Below the pieces are notes generated by a model, which ran no database searches, was not told the origin of the DNA, and saw only the letters and a list, made by a program, of their open reading frames with translations. 64,000 bases of DNA from Nostoc sp. DedSLP01 (GTDB lineage: Bacteria > Cyanobacteriota > Cyanobacteriia > Cyanobacteriales > Nostocaceae), in assembly GCA_034530875.2 (NCBI GenBank), contig JAVRCJ020000012.1, forward strand, positions 152,366 through 216,365. Reading direction: 5' to 3'. This document shows, piece after piece, positions 1 through 10,909 of this stretch (positions within the stretch are counted from its first letter, which is position 1; each line of letters begins with the position of its first letter). The translations under genes and the position numbers were made by a program.

Positions 1-685
1 GACAAATATCTTCTAAAGTCGCACCAGTCAAGGCACTAATGGGATTAAACGCTACATTTCCCCACAATTTAATCCAGATTTCAGTGCGAATTTGATTGCG
101 GATTGGGGCTTTAAATCCAGCTTGTTTGAGAGTTTGGGCTAATAGTTGGATGCGATCGCTTTTACTTCCATCGATTTCACCAAGAGTAAAGCGATCGCCT
201 TCAATATGCCTAATGACACCTGGTTCAACTATTTCAGTTGCCGGGTAAACAACGCAACCAATAGCGCGGTCAACACTGATACCAGCTTCCACGGTTCCCT
301 CTGGGTCAACAGATTGAATGCGCGTTCCTTCATAGTCGCCGCCATGCCGCCGAAAGTACCACCAGGGAATACCATTTTGGGCTGTGACTACCATTGTCTC
401 AGAGTTGTAGAGGGCAGCCAGAGAAGGTGCGATCGCTGGGACGCTATGAGCTTTCACAGTTAAAATTACTACATCCTGTTGTCCTGCTTCCTGGATATTA
501 CTACTTGCCAAAGCTGGAATAGCAATTTGGTTAGAACCGTCTGCCCCGATCAGTTTCAGACCATTTTCTTTAATTGCTTCCAGATGAGAACCACGAGCAA
601 TCAGCGTCACTGTTTCACCAGCCAGTGCTAATTTTGCTCCTAGATATCCACCGATGGCGCCTGCACCAACAATACAAATTTTCAT
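1..685 (-). CDS. panE: 2-dehydropantoate 2-reductase (ketopantoate reductase family), runs off the left edge
   Basis: Manual translation from ATG at 685: MKICIVGAGAIGGYLGAKLALAGETVTLIARGSHLEAIK, with a Rossmann GxGxxG. Not in the ORF track because it is truncated. Confidence 0.85.
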   Translation of the reverse strand, partial: MKICIVGAGAIGGYLGAKLALAGETVTLIARGSHLEAIKENGLKLIGADGSNQIAIPALASSNIQEAGQQDVVILTVKAHSVPAIAPSLAALYNSETMVVTAQNGIPWWYFRRHGGDYEGTRIQSVDPEGTVEAGISVDRAIGCVVYPATEIVEPGVIRHIEGDRFTLGEIDGSKSDRIQLLAQTLKQAGFKAPIRNQIRTEIWIKLWGNVAFNPISALTGATLEDIC

Positions 686-1023
686 TTTCTCAAAAGAATA
701 TCGTTTATCGAAACAATCGGGTCTAAAACCGTACTTCGTCCAAAGTTTTTCGAATAGGGTATAAATCCTCGTTACAAAAACGGCCTCCTGCCTTCGTTAA
801 CACTATTACTAACAGGAGCATACTTACTTAATAAGTACTATTGCTAAAACTTGCCTCAGAACTTGATTTTACCGAAAATAGGAGGAATTTGGGTTGACAC
901 TAACAGGGGCTAGATGCATTAAATGCATTCGCCCAAAATCTCAATCAATCTGAGTTAGACCAAGCTTCTATTTGGGCAAACTAATTGAAATAAATCAGCT
1001 GATTTCACAAGAGTCGATCGAAC

Positions 1024-4000
1024 ATGAATACAGCAATTGAGCCAATCGCCAAGCTTCTAAACTATGATATTACCGAGGAACTTTATACAAGCTTTAGAAC
1101 GCTGGTTTACCGCGCAATTCGAGAAGACGATCGGCTGCCGGTGATTATTAAAGTGCTTCACCAGGAGTATCCCACCTTCAGCGAACTCCTCCAGTTCCGC
1201 AATCAGTATACTATTGCCAAAAATCTCGACCTCCCAAGTATTGTTCGCCCCTACAGTTTAGAACCCTACCGCAATAGCTATGCTTTGGTAATGGAGGATT
1301 TCGGCGGTATCTCCCTGAGAGAATGGATGAAGACAGCAATGGAGGGTAATCCAGATTACTTGGGATTTTTAGATATTGCGATCGCTTTGAGTGAAATTTT
1401 GGATGGACTTTATCGCCATCGGGTAATCCACAAAGACATCAAGCCTGCGAACATTCTCATCAATCCACAGACTAAGGAAGTCAAATTAATAGATTTTAGT
1501 ATTGCTTCGCTTTTGCCTAGAGAAAGCCAAGAAATTCAAAATCCCAATGTCCTAGAAGGTACTTTGGTTTACCTTTCCCCCGAACAAACCGGACGGATGA
1601 ATCGCTCAATTGATTACCGCAGCGATTACTATTCGCTAGGGATTACATTTTATGAATTGCTAACTGGACAGCTACCTTTTGAATCTAACGATCTGATGGA
1701 GTTGGTTCACTGTCACATTGCCAAGCAACCGCCTATATTGGGCAGTGGACAGGGGGGAGAGATTCCTCAAGCTTTGTGCGATATTGTGATGAAACTGATG
1801 GCGAAAAATGCCGAACAGCGCTATCAGAGTGCATTAGGGCTGAAACACGATTTAGAAGTTTGTCGGCGTCAGCTGATAGAAACTGGGCAAATTGAAACAT
1901 TTGAATTAGGTAAGCGGGATATTTGCGATCGCTTTATTATTCCGGAAAAACTCTACGGTCGCCAAGCTGAAGTTGAAACTTTACTCGATGGGTTTGAGAG
2001 AGTCAGCCAAGGTAACACTGAAATTATGCTGGTGGCGGGCTTTTCTGGAATTGGCAAAACTGCTGTGGTTAATGAAGTCCACAAGCCAATTGTCCGCCAA
2101 CGGGGTTATTTTATTAAAGGTAAATTTGACCAGTTCCAGCGCAACATCCCTTTCTCTGCTTTTGTGCAAGCCTTTCGAGACTTGATGACACAACTTTTGA
2201 GTGAAAGTGACGCCCAACTCGAACAGTGGAAATCCAAGGTTCTCAAAGCCTTGGGTGAAAACGGACAAGTGATGATTGAGGTAATTCCAGAACTGGAAAG
2301 TCTGATTGGCAAACAGCCTCCAGCGCCAGAACTCTCAGCAAGTGCAGCCCAAAATCGCTTCAATTTGCTGTTCTTAAAGTTCACCCAAGTGTTCGCTGCA
2401 CCAGAACATCCGTTGGTAATTTTCATTGATGACCTGCAATGGGCGGATTCTGCTTCTTTAAAGTTAATGCAGTTGTTGATGAGCGAAGCTGAAATTGGCT
2501 ATTTACTGTTAATTGGTGCGTATCGGGATAACGAAGTCAATCCCGCACATCCGCTGTTACTGACTTTAGATGAAATTCAAAAGATAGGCGCTACAGTCAA
2601 TACAATTACTTTAGCTGCTCTCGAGCGACTGTCCGTCAATCATTTGGTTGCAGACACTTTGAGTTGTTCTTTAGAATTGGCAGCACCATTGGCAGACTTG
2701 GTATTAGCCAAAACTAAAGGTAATCCTTTCTTCTGCACGCAATTTCTCAAAGCGTTACATCAAGACCGATTAATTACCTTTAACCCCTCTCAGTCCCACG
2801 CCAGTTGCTACAACGGGGGAGACCCCCGCAAAGCACTGGCTCCCCTTGGTAAGGGGGGAAGTCCAGGGGGGTGGGAATGCGATCTGGTTCAGGTGCGATC
2901 GCTTGCTCTCAGTGATGATGTCGTAGAGTTTATGGCAATTCAATTACAAAAGTTGCCAAAGCAAACTCAAGAAGTTTTGAAATTAGCCGCTTGTGTCGGC
3001 AACCAATTTGATTTGACGACATTGGCGATCGTTCATGAAAAATCAGAGGTAGAAACAGCCGCAACTTTTTGGAAAGCCGTGCAAGATGGGTTAATTATTC
3101 CCATCAATGAGGTGTACAAATTCTACCAAGAAGAATCTGAATTCAAAACTCAAAATTCAAAAACTCGCATTCACAATTATGCTAATTGTTCTTACAAATT
3201 TCTCCACGATCGCGTCCAGCAAGCGGCTTATTCGCTAATTCCTGAATCTCAAAAGCAAGCTACTCATTTAAAAATTGGTCAGTTGTTATTAAAAAGCACG
3301 CCAATTGAAGCAATTGAAGCCAATATTTTTGATATTGTTAATCAGTTAAATCAGGGAATTGACATTATCGAAGAACAATCTCAAAGATACGAACTGGCTG
3401 AACTGAATTTAATTGCAGGCAAAAAAGCAAAAGCTTCTACTGCTTATAAGGCAGCGGTAAAATATTTCACTTTAGGTCGAGAATTGCTAACAGCAGACAG
3501 TTGGGATACTCATTATCAACTTACCTTCAAATTATATAGAGAAGCTGGAGAATGTGAATATTTAATTGGTAATTTTAACCAAACAGAAAAACTATTTGAA
3601 ATTGCTTTAGAACGCAGTCAAGATAAATTCCACCAGGCAGAGATCTACGGTATTCAGATGTACCTGAAAATGACTCAGGGTGAAAATATCGAAGCTGGCT
3701 TCACCTGCGGTCTTAAAGGTTTGAGCATCATGGGGATGGATCTACCTGTTACTGCCCAAGAACAGGAAGCTGCCATTGAAACTCAACTTAAAGAATTAAA
3801 AGCTAAACTCTTAGGGATTCGTCCGGCAGATTTATTTGATTTGCCTGATATGACAGATCCAATAAAAAAGGTTTGCATGAGTCTTTTAGCTGACCTTTGG
3901 GCAGCTGCTTACATGGGAGGACATCAAAACCTGAGTTCTCTGATTCCTCTATTAATGATTAATCTATCCTTGAGTTATGGTAATGCCGAAAGCTCTGGTT

Positions 4001-6984
4001 TTGCCTACTGTTTGTATGGAATGAGTCTAGCAAACCAAGGAGATTATCAAACTGCATATCAGTTTGGTAAGTTAGCAATGAAACTCGATCGCCACTTCAA
4101 TAGCACTCAATTTATTCCCAAGACTAATAATATTTTTGCACACACAGTTAATCCATATAACCAACATCTAAAAACTAATTTACCGATATCTGGTCAATCA
4201 TTCCAAGTAGCTCAAGAAACTGGTAATTTGGTGTTTGGTGTTTGGGCTGTTTCATTTTATATTTGGGCGATGTTAATTAAAGGCGATCGCCTATCAGATG
4301 TATATACCGAAACTGAGAAATATCTCAGTTACGTCCAACAAGTTAATGATGCCAATATGCTGTATGCATTTAGTTTACAGCGGCAGTTTTTACTGAGCTT
4401 ACAAGGCATCTCTAAAAATACCGATTTCTTAGATAATCACAATGACCGAGATATTCCTTATATAGAAGTTTGGAGACAAAAGCATAACTTTGAACATGGA
4501 ATTAATTGGTACTGTTTTCTGAAAATCCAATTATCCTACCTTTATGGCCGCTATACCGATGCACTGGATGCGGCACAAGAAGCTCAAGAAACTCTCCCTG
4601 CTAATTCTGGTTTCTTCCCAATTATTCAATATCATTTCTATTATCCACTCGCTTTAGCAGCAGTTTATCCCAATGCGACATCAAATGAGAAAAAGCAGTA
4701 TTGGGAAATTATGCAACAACAACAACAAATTCAGAAAAATTGGGCGCATAATTGCCCAAAAAACTTTCTGCATAGATATCTTTTATTATCTGCGGAAATG
4801 GCCAGAATTTCTGGCAAGTATATGAACGCAATTGAATTATACGATTGCGCCATTGCCAAAGCTAAGAAAAACGAATACATCAACGAAGAAGCACTTGCTA
4901 ACGAACTGGCAGCTAAGTTTTATTTAGAGTGGGGTAAAGAACGTATTGCCCAAGAGTATTTGATTAACGCTTATTATTGCTACGCTCGTTGGGATGCTAA
5001 AGCTAAAATTGATGACTTAGAACAGCGCTATCCCCAATTGTTAGCTCCGATTTTACAACAAACGCGCTCGCCCTTCGTACCCAGTCAAACAATAACTCCG
5101 GCTGATAGCTTGGGCTTGACTACCTTGCATCCAAGCATGAGCCAATCAGCAACATCTAGCAGTAATGTCTCGCTCATGCTAGACATGACAAGCGTTCTCA
5201 AAGCTTCTCAGACTCTCTCAAGTGAAATTGAACTAGAAAAATTACTCAGTAAACTACTTAAAGTAGCAATAGAAAATGCCGGAGCAGATAAATGTGCGTT
5301 GTTACTGCTCAAAGAAGATAAGTTAGTTGTTGAGGCGACTGCTGAAGTCGGGCAGCAATCAACAGTTCTCCAATCCATTCCCCTTGAAGAAAGCACAGAC
5401 GTACCTCGTAGCCTGATTTACGCCGTCAAACGCAACCTCAAACCTACAGTCATTGTTGATATAGCTATGTATGCGACGCTAATTGCCGATCCTTATATTA
5501 TGCGTCAGCAACCCAAAAGCTTACTCTGTATGCCAATTTTGCACCAAACTAAACTATTGGGGATTTTGTATTTAGAGAACAATCTGGCTACCGGGGCGTT
5601 TACTAGCGATCGCGTGGAAATCTTGAATCTATTATGTACTCAAGTTGCAATCTCCTTAGAAAATGCTCGACTGTATCAACAGGCACAAACTACTTTAAAA
5701 AACCTTGGGCAAACCGAAGAATTTTTACGGTTAATTATTGATAATATTCCCCAGTGTGTTTTCTGGAAAGACCGCAATAGCCTTTATTTAGGCTGTAATC
5801 GCAACTTTGCCGAGGCTTCGGGTGTAAAAACCCCTGAAAATGTTGTCGGTAAAACTGACTACGAGCTTTCTTGGACTCGTGAAGAGTCGGATTGGTATGT
5901 AAAATGCGATCGCCGGGTAATGGAGTCCGGACAAGCTGAACTCAACATTATTGAAACATTACAGCAACCAGACGGAAAACAAATCTGGATAAATACAAGC
6001 AAAATTCCGCTACGAGATAAAGATGGAAATGTTTTTGGCATCCTGGGCACGAGTGAAGATATCACTGCACGCCAGGAAGCAGAACATTTACTACAACAGC
6101 AAAAACAACAATTAGAACAAGCATTCCAAGAACTCCAAAGGATACAATTGCAATTAGTACAAAGTGAAAAAATGTCTGCCTTGGGAAATTTGGTAGCAGG
6201 TGTAGCTCATGAAATTAACAATCCCATTGGCTTTATAGCAGGTAACATTGAACCAGCTAAAGATTATGTCAAAGATTTGTTTGGGTTAATTAATCTTTAC
6301 CAAGAAAAATTTCCTCGTCCCGGTTCAGAAATTGAAGACGAAATCCATGCGATGGATTTAAATTATTTACGCGAAGATTTGCCTAAATTGCTGGATTCGA
6401 TGAAATTGGGTGTTAGCCGTATTCGCGGTATCAGCAACAGTCTGCGAACCTTCTCTAGAGCAGATCAAGATTACAAAGTGCCCTTTGATATTCATGAAGG
6501 TATTGATAGCACTATTTTGATTTTGAGGCATCGTTTAAAAGCTAACGAAAACCGTCCCGGGATTGAAATAATTAAAGATTACGGCCAATTACCTTTAGTG
6601 GAATGCTTTGCCGGACAGCTAAATCAAGTGTTTATGAACTTGTTAGCAAATGCCATTGATGCGCTTGAAGAATACAATTCCGGGCGGAGTTTAGAAGAAA
6701 TTCTCGCTAACCCCAATTACATTAAGATTCAAACTGATATCGACGAATCAGGTAATAATGTTTTCATTAAGATTGCTGATAATGGCGTGGGAATGTCACC
6801 GGAGGTTCAGCAAAAAGTATTCGACCATCTTTTTACTACTAAACCAGTAGGCAAAGGTACTGGATTGGGATTAGCGATCGCTCGTCAAATTATAGTAGAA
6901 GGACATGGCGGTTCGCTCTCGTGTACTTCCGAATACGGACGAGGTACAGAGTTTGTCATTAAAATTTCTACTCAACAAAGTTAG
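1024..6984 (+). CDS. Trifunctional Ser/Thr kinase - AAA ATPase - GAF - PAS/PAC - histidine kinase (HstK-like)
   Basis: HKDIKPAN kinase loop, Walker A GFSGIGKT, Walker B IFIDDLQWAD, GAF (LYLENN), PAS (FWKDRNS..LGCN), H-box AHEINNP, G-box GKGTGLGL. Confidence 0.93.
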   Translation: MNTAIEPIAKLLNYDITEELYTSFRTLVYRAIREDDRLPVIIKVLHQEYPTFSELLQFRNQYTIAKNLDLPSIVRPYSLEPYRNSYALVMEDFGGISLREWMKTAMEGNPDYLGFLDIAIALSEILDGLYRHRVIHKDIKPANILINPQTKEVKLIDFSIASLLPRESQEIQNPNVLEGTLVYLSPEQTGRMNRSIDYRSDYYSLGITFYELLTGQLPFESNDLMELVHCHIAKQPPILGSGQGGEIPQALCDIVMKLMAKNAEQRYQSALGLKHDLEVCRRQLIETGQIETFELGKRDICDRFIIPEKLYGRQAEVETLLDGFERVSQGNTEIMLVAGFSGIGKTAVVNEVHKPIVRQRGYFIKGKFDQFQRNIPFSAFVQAFRDLMTQLLSESDAQLEQWKSKVLKALGENGQVMIEVIPELESLIGKQPPAPELSASAAQNRFNLLFLKFTQVFAAPEHPLVIFIDDLQWADSASLKLMQLLMSEAEIGYLLLIGAYRDNEVNPAHPLLLTLDEIQKIGATVNTITLAALERLSVNHLVADTLSCSLELAAPLADLVLAKTKGNPFFCTQFLKALHQDRLITFNPSQSHASCYNGGDPRKALAPLGKGGSPGGWECDLVQVRSLALSDDVVEFMAIQLQKLPKQTQEVLKLAACVGNQFDLTTLAIVHEKSEVETAATFWKAVQDGLIIPINEVYKFYQEESEFKTQNSKTRIHNYANCSYKFLHDRVQQAAYSLIPESQKQATHLKIGQLLLKSTPIEAIEANIFDIVNQLNQGIDIIEEQSQRYELAELNLIAGKKAKASTAYKAAVKYFTLGRELLTADSWDTHYQLTFKLYREAGECEYLIGNFNQTEKLFEIALERSQDKFHQAEIYGIQMYLKMTQGENIEAGFTCGLKGLSIMGMDLPVTAQEQEAAIETQLKELKAKLLGIRPADLFDLPDMTDPIKKVCMSLLADLWAAAYMGGHQNLSSLIPLLMINLSLSYGNAESSGFAYCLYGMSLANQGDYQTAYQFGKLAMKLDRHFNSTQFIPKTNNIFAHTVNPYNQHLKTNLPISGQSFQVAQETGNLVFGVWAVSFYIWAMLIKGDRLSDVYTETEKYLSYVQQVNDANMLYAFSLQRQFLLSLQGISKNTDFLDNHNDRDIPYIEVWRQKHNFEHGINWYCFLKIQLSYLYGRYTDALDAAQEAQETLPANSGFFPIIQYHFYYPLALAAVYPNATSNEKKQYWEIMQQQQQIQKNWAHNCPKNFLHRYLLLSAEMARISGKYMNAIELYDCAIAKAKKNEYINEEALANELAAKFYLEWGKERIAQEYLINAYYCYARWDAKAKIDDLEQRYPQLLAPILQQTRSPFVPSQTITPADSLGLTTLHPSMSQSATSSSNVSLMLDMTSVLKASQTLSSEIELEKLLSKLLKVAIENAGADKCALLLLKEDKLVVEATAEVGQQSTVLQSIPLEESTDVPRSLIYAVKRNLKPTVIVDIAMYATLIADPYIMRQQPKSLLCMPILHQTKLLGILYLENNLATGAFTSDRVEILNLLCTQVAISLENARLYQQAQTTLKNLGQTEEFLRLIIDNIPQCVFWKDRNSLYLGCNRNFAEASGVKTPENVVGKTDYELSWTREESDWYVKCDRRVMESGQAELNIIETLQQPDGKQIWINTSKIPLRDKDGNVFGILGTSEDITARQEAEHLLQQQKQQLEQAFQELQRIQLQLVQSEKMSALGNLVAGVAHEINNPIGFIAGNIEPAKDYVKDLFGLINLYQEKFPRPGSEIEDEIHAMDLNYLREDLPKLLDSMKLGVSRIRGISNSLRTFSRADQDYKVPFDIHEGIDSTILILRHRLKANENRPGIEIIKDYGQLPLVECFAGQLNQVFMNLLANAIDALEEYNSGRSLEEILANPNYIKIQTDIDESGNNVFIKIADNGVGMSPEVQQKVFDHLFTTKPVGKGTGLGLAIARQIIVEGHGGSLSCTSEYGRGTEFVIKISTQQS
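2782..2871 (+). repeat. Nested palindromic small dispersed repeats inserted in frame in the kinase gene
   Basis: Hairpin GCCAG-TTGCT..CGGGGG-AGA-CCCCCG..AGCA-CTGGC (2800-2840) inside a CCCCTT-GGT-AAGGGG-type repeat; encodes the atypical peptide PSQSHASCYNGGDPRKALAPLGKGGSPG. Confidence 0.75.
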
Positions 6985-7230
6985 AGCAGAATACACTGTT
7001 TATAAAACTCTATCCATCAAGCGAAAAGTTACAGTACCGAAATTCCAAGATGGCTTTGCTATCGCTAGGTTACTAAACTTTTCAAGACACGGATAGAGTT
7101 TTAATTAGCAATAATATTCAAATTTATTTAGTCCAAAAAATTTAATTTTTAAAGTTACTATTAAATTGCATTTTTTAGTAATTATTTTAATTTATTAATT
7201 GTATTTTTTTAACTATAGTAAGGAGAGCCA

Positions 7231-9138
7231 ATGAGGATATTTAAATCATGGAAATATTGGTTGAAAAGAAACCAGAAAAAGTATGCAAAAACTGCTAAAG
7301 AATACTACTCGCGAAATCTATTATTAGTATCGCTTGTGTTAATACTCTCAATTAGTATTAGCGCTACCGCGATTACTAGTTACAAGTTTGTTAAAGGATT
7401 ATTGCTCGACAGCCTCAAACAACAAGCACTGTTAAAAGCACAACAAGGTGAGGATGATATTGATAACTGGTTAGCCATTCGTAAGACAGAAATTAAGACT
7501 TTGGCTAATTCTGTTGTAGTGCGATCGCTAGATTGGTCATTGATGGAACCTTACTTGCAGTCGGAGTTGAAGCGCCTGCAAACTTTTTTGCTTATGGCGT
7601 TGGCTACACCAGATGCCACCTTAATGAATACTCAAGGAAGCCGTCTTAATGTTGAAGACCGAGAATTTTTTCAGCGGAGTATAAAAGGTGAAACGATAGC
7701 AGCCGATCCAATTATTGGACGCACAACCAATCAGTTACAGATTCAAATTAGTTCGCCAATTCCTGACAAAACAGGGACAAAGCCAGCAGGCGTACTAATG
7801 GGAGGAATTCCGATTAACCGAGTAATTCAGGTAGTCAACAATTTACATCAAGGTAAGGGTAGCTATGCTTTTGCCCTCAATTCTCAAGGAGTTCCCATCG
7901 TCCATCCCGACACGCAACTCATCGGCACGCCCGAAAGAGCTGCTCAGAGTTTCCTTAATTCTCCCAATCCCAGATTAGCTGCAATTGCTCGACGAATGGT
8001 GGCTAAAAAAACAAATATTGAATTAGCTCAAATAGATGGCAAGTGGAACTATGTTGCTTATACTCCGCTGAGAGAGGCAAATTGGTCGATCGCTTTGATT
8101 GTGCCACAAGAAAATATTGAATCGCCATTGCAAGCGTTGAATATCTTGGCTACGGTTCTGGGAGGATTGCTAGTGGTTGGTTTGATTAGTGCATGGCGCC
8201 AGTTGCAACTATATGAAGAGATTCGGGAACGAGCCTTAATTTCCAGCCAGCAGGCGCAGCAACTCAGTAAAACCCTCAGAGAATTGCAAAATACCCAAGC
8301 TCAACTCATCCACACCGAAAAAATGTCTAGCTTGGGACAAATGGTTGCTGGAGTGGCACACGAAATCAATAATCCTGCGAATTTTATTCATGCTAACCTC
8401 AACCATGCCAGCGAATACACCCAAGATATCCTTGATTTGCTCAAGCTTTACCAACAAACCTATCCAAATCCGACACCAGAAATTAGCGATCGCGCCCAAG
8501 ACCTTGATATTGAGTTTCTAGCAGAAGATTTACCCAAACTAATTACATCGATGGAAGTGGGAACCAAGCGCATTCGTCAAATTGTGCTGTCTCTGCGTAA
8601 TTTTTCCCGCCTCGACGAAGCAGACATGAAATTAGTAGATATCCATGAAGGATTAGACAACACTCTCATGGTTCTCAACCATCGCCTGACAGCTACAACC
8701 GAACGCCCAGAAATTCAAATTATTAAGAAATACGGCAATTTACCCCAAGTAGAATGTTATGCAGGACAACTCAATCAAGTATTTATGAATGTGCTGGTCA
8801 ATGCCATCGATGCATTAGAAACAGCTAGCGAAGAACGCAATTTAGAGGAACTAAAAAATAATCCCAATCATATTAGGATTCAAACCCAAATCGATAAGTC
8901 AAATCATAACGCGATCGTTCAAATTTACGATAATGGTATTGGGATGACAGAGGATGTCAAACAACGGGTATTTGACCACATGTTTACTACTAAACCTGTA
9001 GGTAAAGGAATTGGTTTAGGAATGGCGATCGCTTATCAAATTGTCGTAGAAAAACATGCAGGAAGTATTGAAGTTGATTCTATTCCAGGACGCGAGACAG
9101 AATTTACAATTCGTATTCCTTTAACAAGTAAAAAGTAA
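7231..9138 (+). CDS. Membrane sensor histidine kinase with extracytoplasmic dCache domain
   Basis: Two TM helices flanking a Cache-like region (DREFFQ, YAFALNSQGVPIVHPD, WSIALIVP); H-box AHEINNP; HATPase boxes. Confidence 0.9.
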   Translation: MRIFKSWKYWLKRNQKKYAKTAKEYYSRNLLLVSLVLILSISISATAITSYKFVKGLLLDSLKQQALLKAQQGEDDIDNWLAIRKTEIKTLANSVVVRSLDWSLMEPYLQSELKRLQTFLLMALATPDATLMNTQGSRLNVEDREFFQRSIKGETIAADPIIGRTTNQLQIQISSPIPDKTGTKPAGVLMGGIPINRVIQVVNNLHQGKGSYAFALNSQGVPIVHPDTQLIGTPERAAQSFLNSPNPRLAAIARRMVAKKTNIELAQIDGKWNYVAYTPLREANWSIALIVPQENIESPLQALNILATVLGGLLVVGLISAWRQLQLYEEIRERALISSQQAQQLSKTLRELQNTQAQLIHTEKMSSLGQMVAGVAHEINNPANFIHANLNHASEYTQDILDLLKLYQQTYPNPTPEISDRAQDLDIEFLAEDLPKLITSMEVGTKRIRQIVLSLRNFSRLDEADMKLVDIHEGLDNTLMVLNHRLTATTERPEIQIIKKYGNLPQVECYAGQLNQVFMNVLVNAIDALETASEERNLEELKNNPNHIRIQTQIDKSNHNAIVQIYDNGIGMTEDVKQRVFDHMFTTKPVGKGIGLGMAIAYQIVVEKHAGSIEVDSIPGRETEFTIRIPLTSKK

Positions 9139-9339
9139 TTTTTCATCTCAAATCTCAAAATGTTACGTTCCCCGGCAACATAGCATTCTCCCTTTCGATA
9201 AGGTAGGTACACCAAACTTGGCATTCCTATAAATTTCTATATCTCATGTAATTGGCAAGCGTTATATACTTGAAGAAAGTTGATTTATAATTTGCATCTG
9301 CTCTACATAACAGCTAAGACATCAACTCTTTGAGGTGAT

Positions 9340-9978
9340 ATGCTTTTAAAACTGCAACAAATTGTTGTTAAACCCGGTCAACAAATGTTACTCCAAGATA
9401 TTAGTTGGCAGCAGTTAGAAAATATTTTAGAAGAAATGGGAGAAAGGCGTGCTGCACGCATTTCTTATAGTGATGGTTGGTTAGAAATTATGGTTCCTCT
9501 ACCAGAACACGAAAAAGATAAAGAAAGTATTGGTGAGTTAGTAAGAATTTTATTAGACAAACTCGAAATTGATTTTGAACCTTTTGGTTCTACAACACTT
9601 AAAAATGAGCGAATGCGCCAAGCAGTAGAACCAGATACTAGTTTTTATATTCAAAATCAAGCTGCTGTAATTGGCAAAAATCGTATAGATTTAAATATCG
9701 ATCCGCCCCCAGATTTAGCAATTGAAATTGATATTACTTCCCGCACTCGATTTGATAATTATGCAATTTTGGGAGTTCCTGAACTGTGGCGACATACACG
9801 ACAAGGTTTAGAAATTTCCTTATTAAAAGATGGAAAGTATATCAAATCTGAATCTAGCCCTAATTTTCCCGATATCCCAATTATTCAATTAGTGAATGAA
9901 TATGTGCAGCAGTGTTTAACAATTGGCAGAAGTCAAGCTATGCGTAATTTTAGAAATTGGGTTAAAGATAATTTATAG
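9340..9978 (+). CDS. Uma2 family (PD-(D/E)xK) endonuclease-like protein
   Basis: ISWQQ, EPDTSFYI, PPPDLAIEIDITS and LGVPELW motifs. Confidence 0.9.
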   Translation: MLLKLQQIVVKPGQQMLLQDISWQQLENILEEMGERRAARISYSDGWLEIMVPLPEHEKDKESIGELVRILLDKLEIDFEPFGSTTLKNERMRQAVEPDTSFYIQNQAAVIGKNRIDLNIDPPPDLAIEIDITSRTRFDNYAILGVPELWRHTRQGLEISLLKDGKYIKSESSPNFPDIPIIQLVNEYVQQCLTIGRSQAMRNFRNWVKDNL

Positions 9979-10024
9979 GCATTTTGAATTATTATTCAAC
10001 GCTTTTTGAAAAAGGCGATCGCTC

Positions 10025-10810
10025 ATGACTACCGAAAACAACCCAACAACCATTGTAGACTGGGAACACCCCACACCACCTACAGATTTAATTTTTGATG
10101 ACGGAGAACCCTTGGAATCAAATCGCCACCGTATTGCGATGAATGTCCTGATTCGATCATTGCAACAAGCTTGGGGCGATCGCAATGATTTCTTCACTGG
10201 CGGGAACATGTTTATTTATTACAGTAGCGCCCAGGTTCGTAACCAAGATTTCCGCGGCCCCGATTTTTTTGTTGTCCTCAATGTCGATGGGACTAATTCT
10301 CGCCAAGGTTGGGTAGTGTGGGAAGAAAACGGTCGTTATCCTGATGTAATTGTAGAATTAATGTCACCATCAACAGCCAAAATAGATAAGACTGTTAAGA
10401 AAGACCTTTACGAACAAACTTTTCATACTTCAGATTATTTTGTCTACGATCCCTTTGACCCAACTTCTTTGCAAGGGTGGCATTTAGATGGTAATCAGCA
10501 ATATCAATCTTTGACACCGAATGAACGTGGTTGGCTGTGGTGTCAAAAGTTAGGCTTATGGTTAGGTACTTGGGAAGAAACAATAGACAGAGAAACGGCG
10601 ATATGGTTGCGGTTTTATGATGTGGCTGGCAATTTGATTTTGTTACCAGACGAAGCCGCAGTTGCACGGGCGGAAATTGCTGTTGCACAAGCACAAGCCG
10701 CAGTTGCACAAGCCGAAGCTGCTGGTGTACGAGAAGAAGCCGCAGCTGCAAAAGCGGCTCGTTTAGCAGCTAGATTAAGAGAGTTGGGTGAAAATCCAGA
10801 TATATTGTGA
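10025..10810 (+). CDS. Uma2 family endonuclease-like protein with C-terminal Ala-rich coiled coil
   Basis: DDGEPLES, GPDFFVV, PDVIVELMSPST and YFVYDP motifs; ends RLAARLRELGENPD. Confidence 0.9.
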   Translation: MTTENNPTTIVDWEHPTPPTDLIFDDGEPLESNRHRIAMNVLIRSLQQAWGDRNDFFTGGNMFIYYSSAQVRNQDFRGPDFFVVLNVDGTNSRQGWVVWEENGRYPDVIVELMSPSTAKIDKTVKKDLYEQTFHTSDYFVYDPFDPTSLQGWHLDGNQQYQSLTPNERGWLWCQKLGLWLGTWEETIDRETAIWLRFYDVAGNLILLPDEAAVARAEIAVAQAQAAVAQAEAAGVREEAAAAKAARLAARLRELGENPDIL

Positions 10811-10909
10811 GTAATTTTGGCTTTTTTGATTTGAACTAATACCACAAGTGCCAAGTGTGTGAATTTTTGTGAGTTTTTTGGCGATACCTGGGTTGGGCTA
10901 GGTCATCTG

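Noticed and set aside
146..463. 105-aa plus-strand ORF
   Set aside because: Antisense shadow of the ketopantoate reductase gene.
715..800. Possible IS200/IS605-derived end remnant upstream of panE
   Set aside because: Only a vague resemblance; no transposase or second end is visible.
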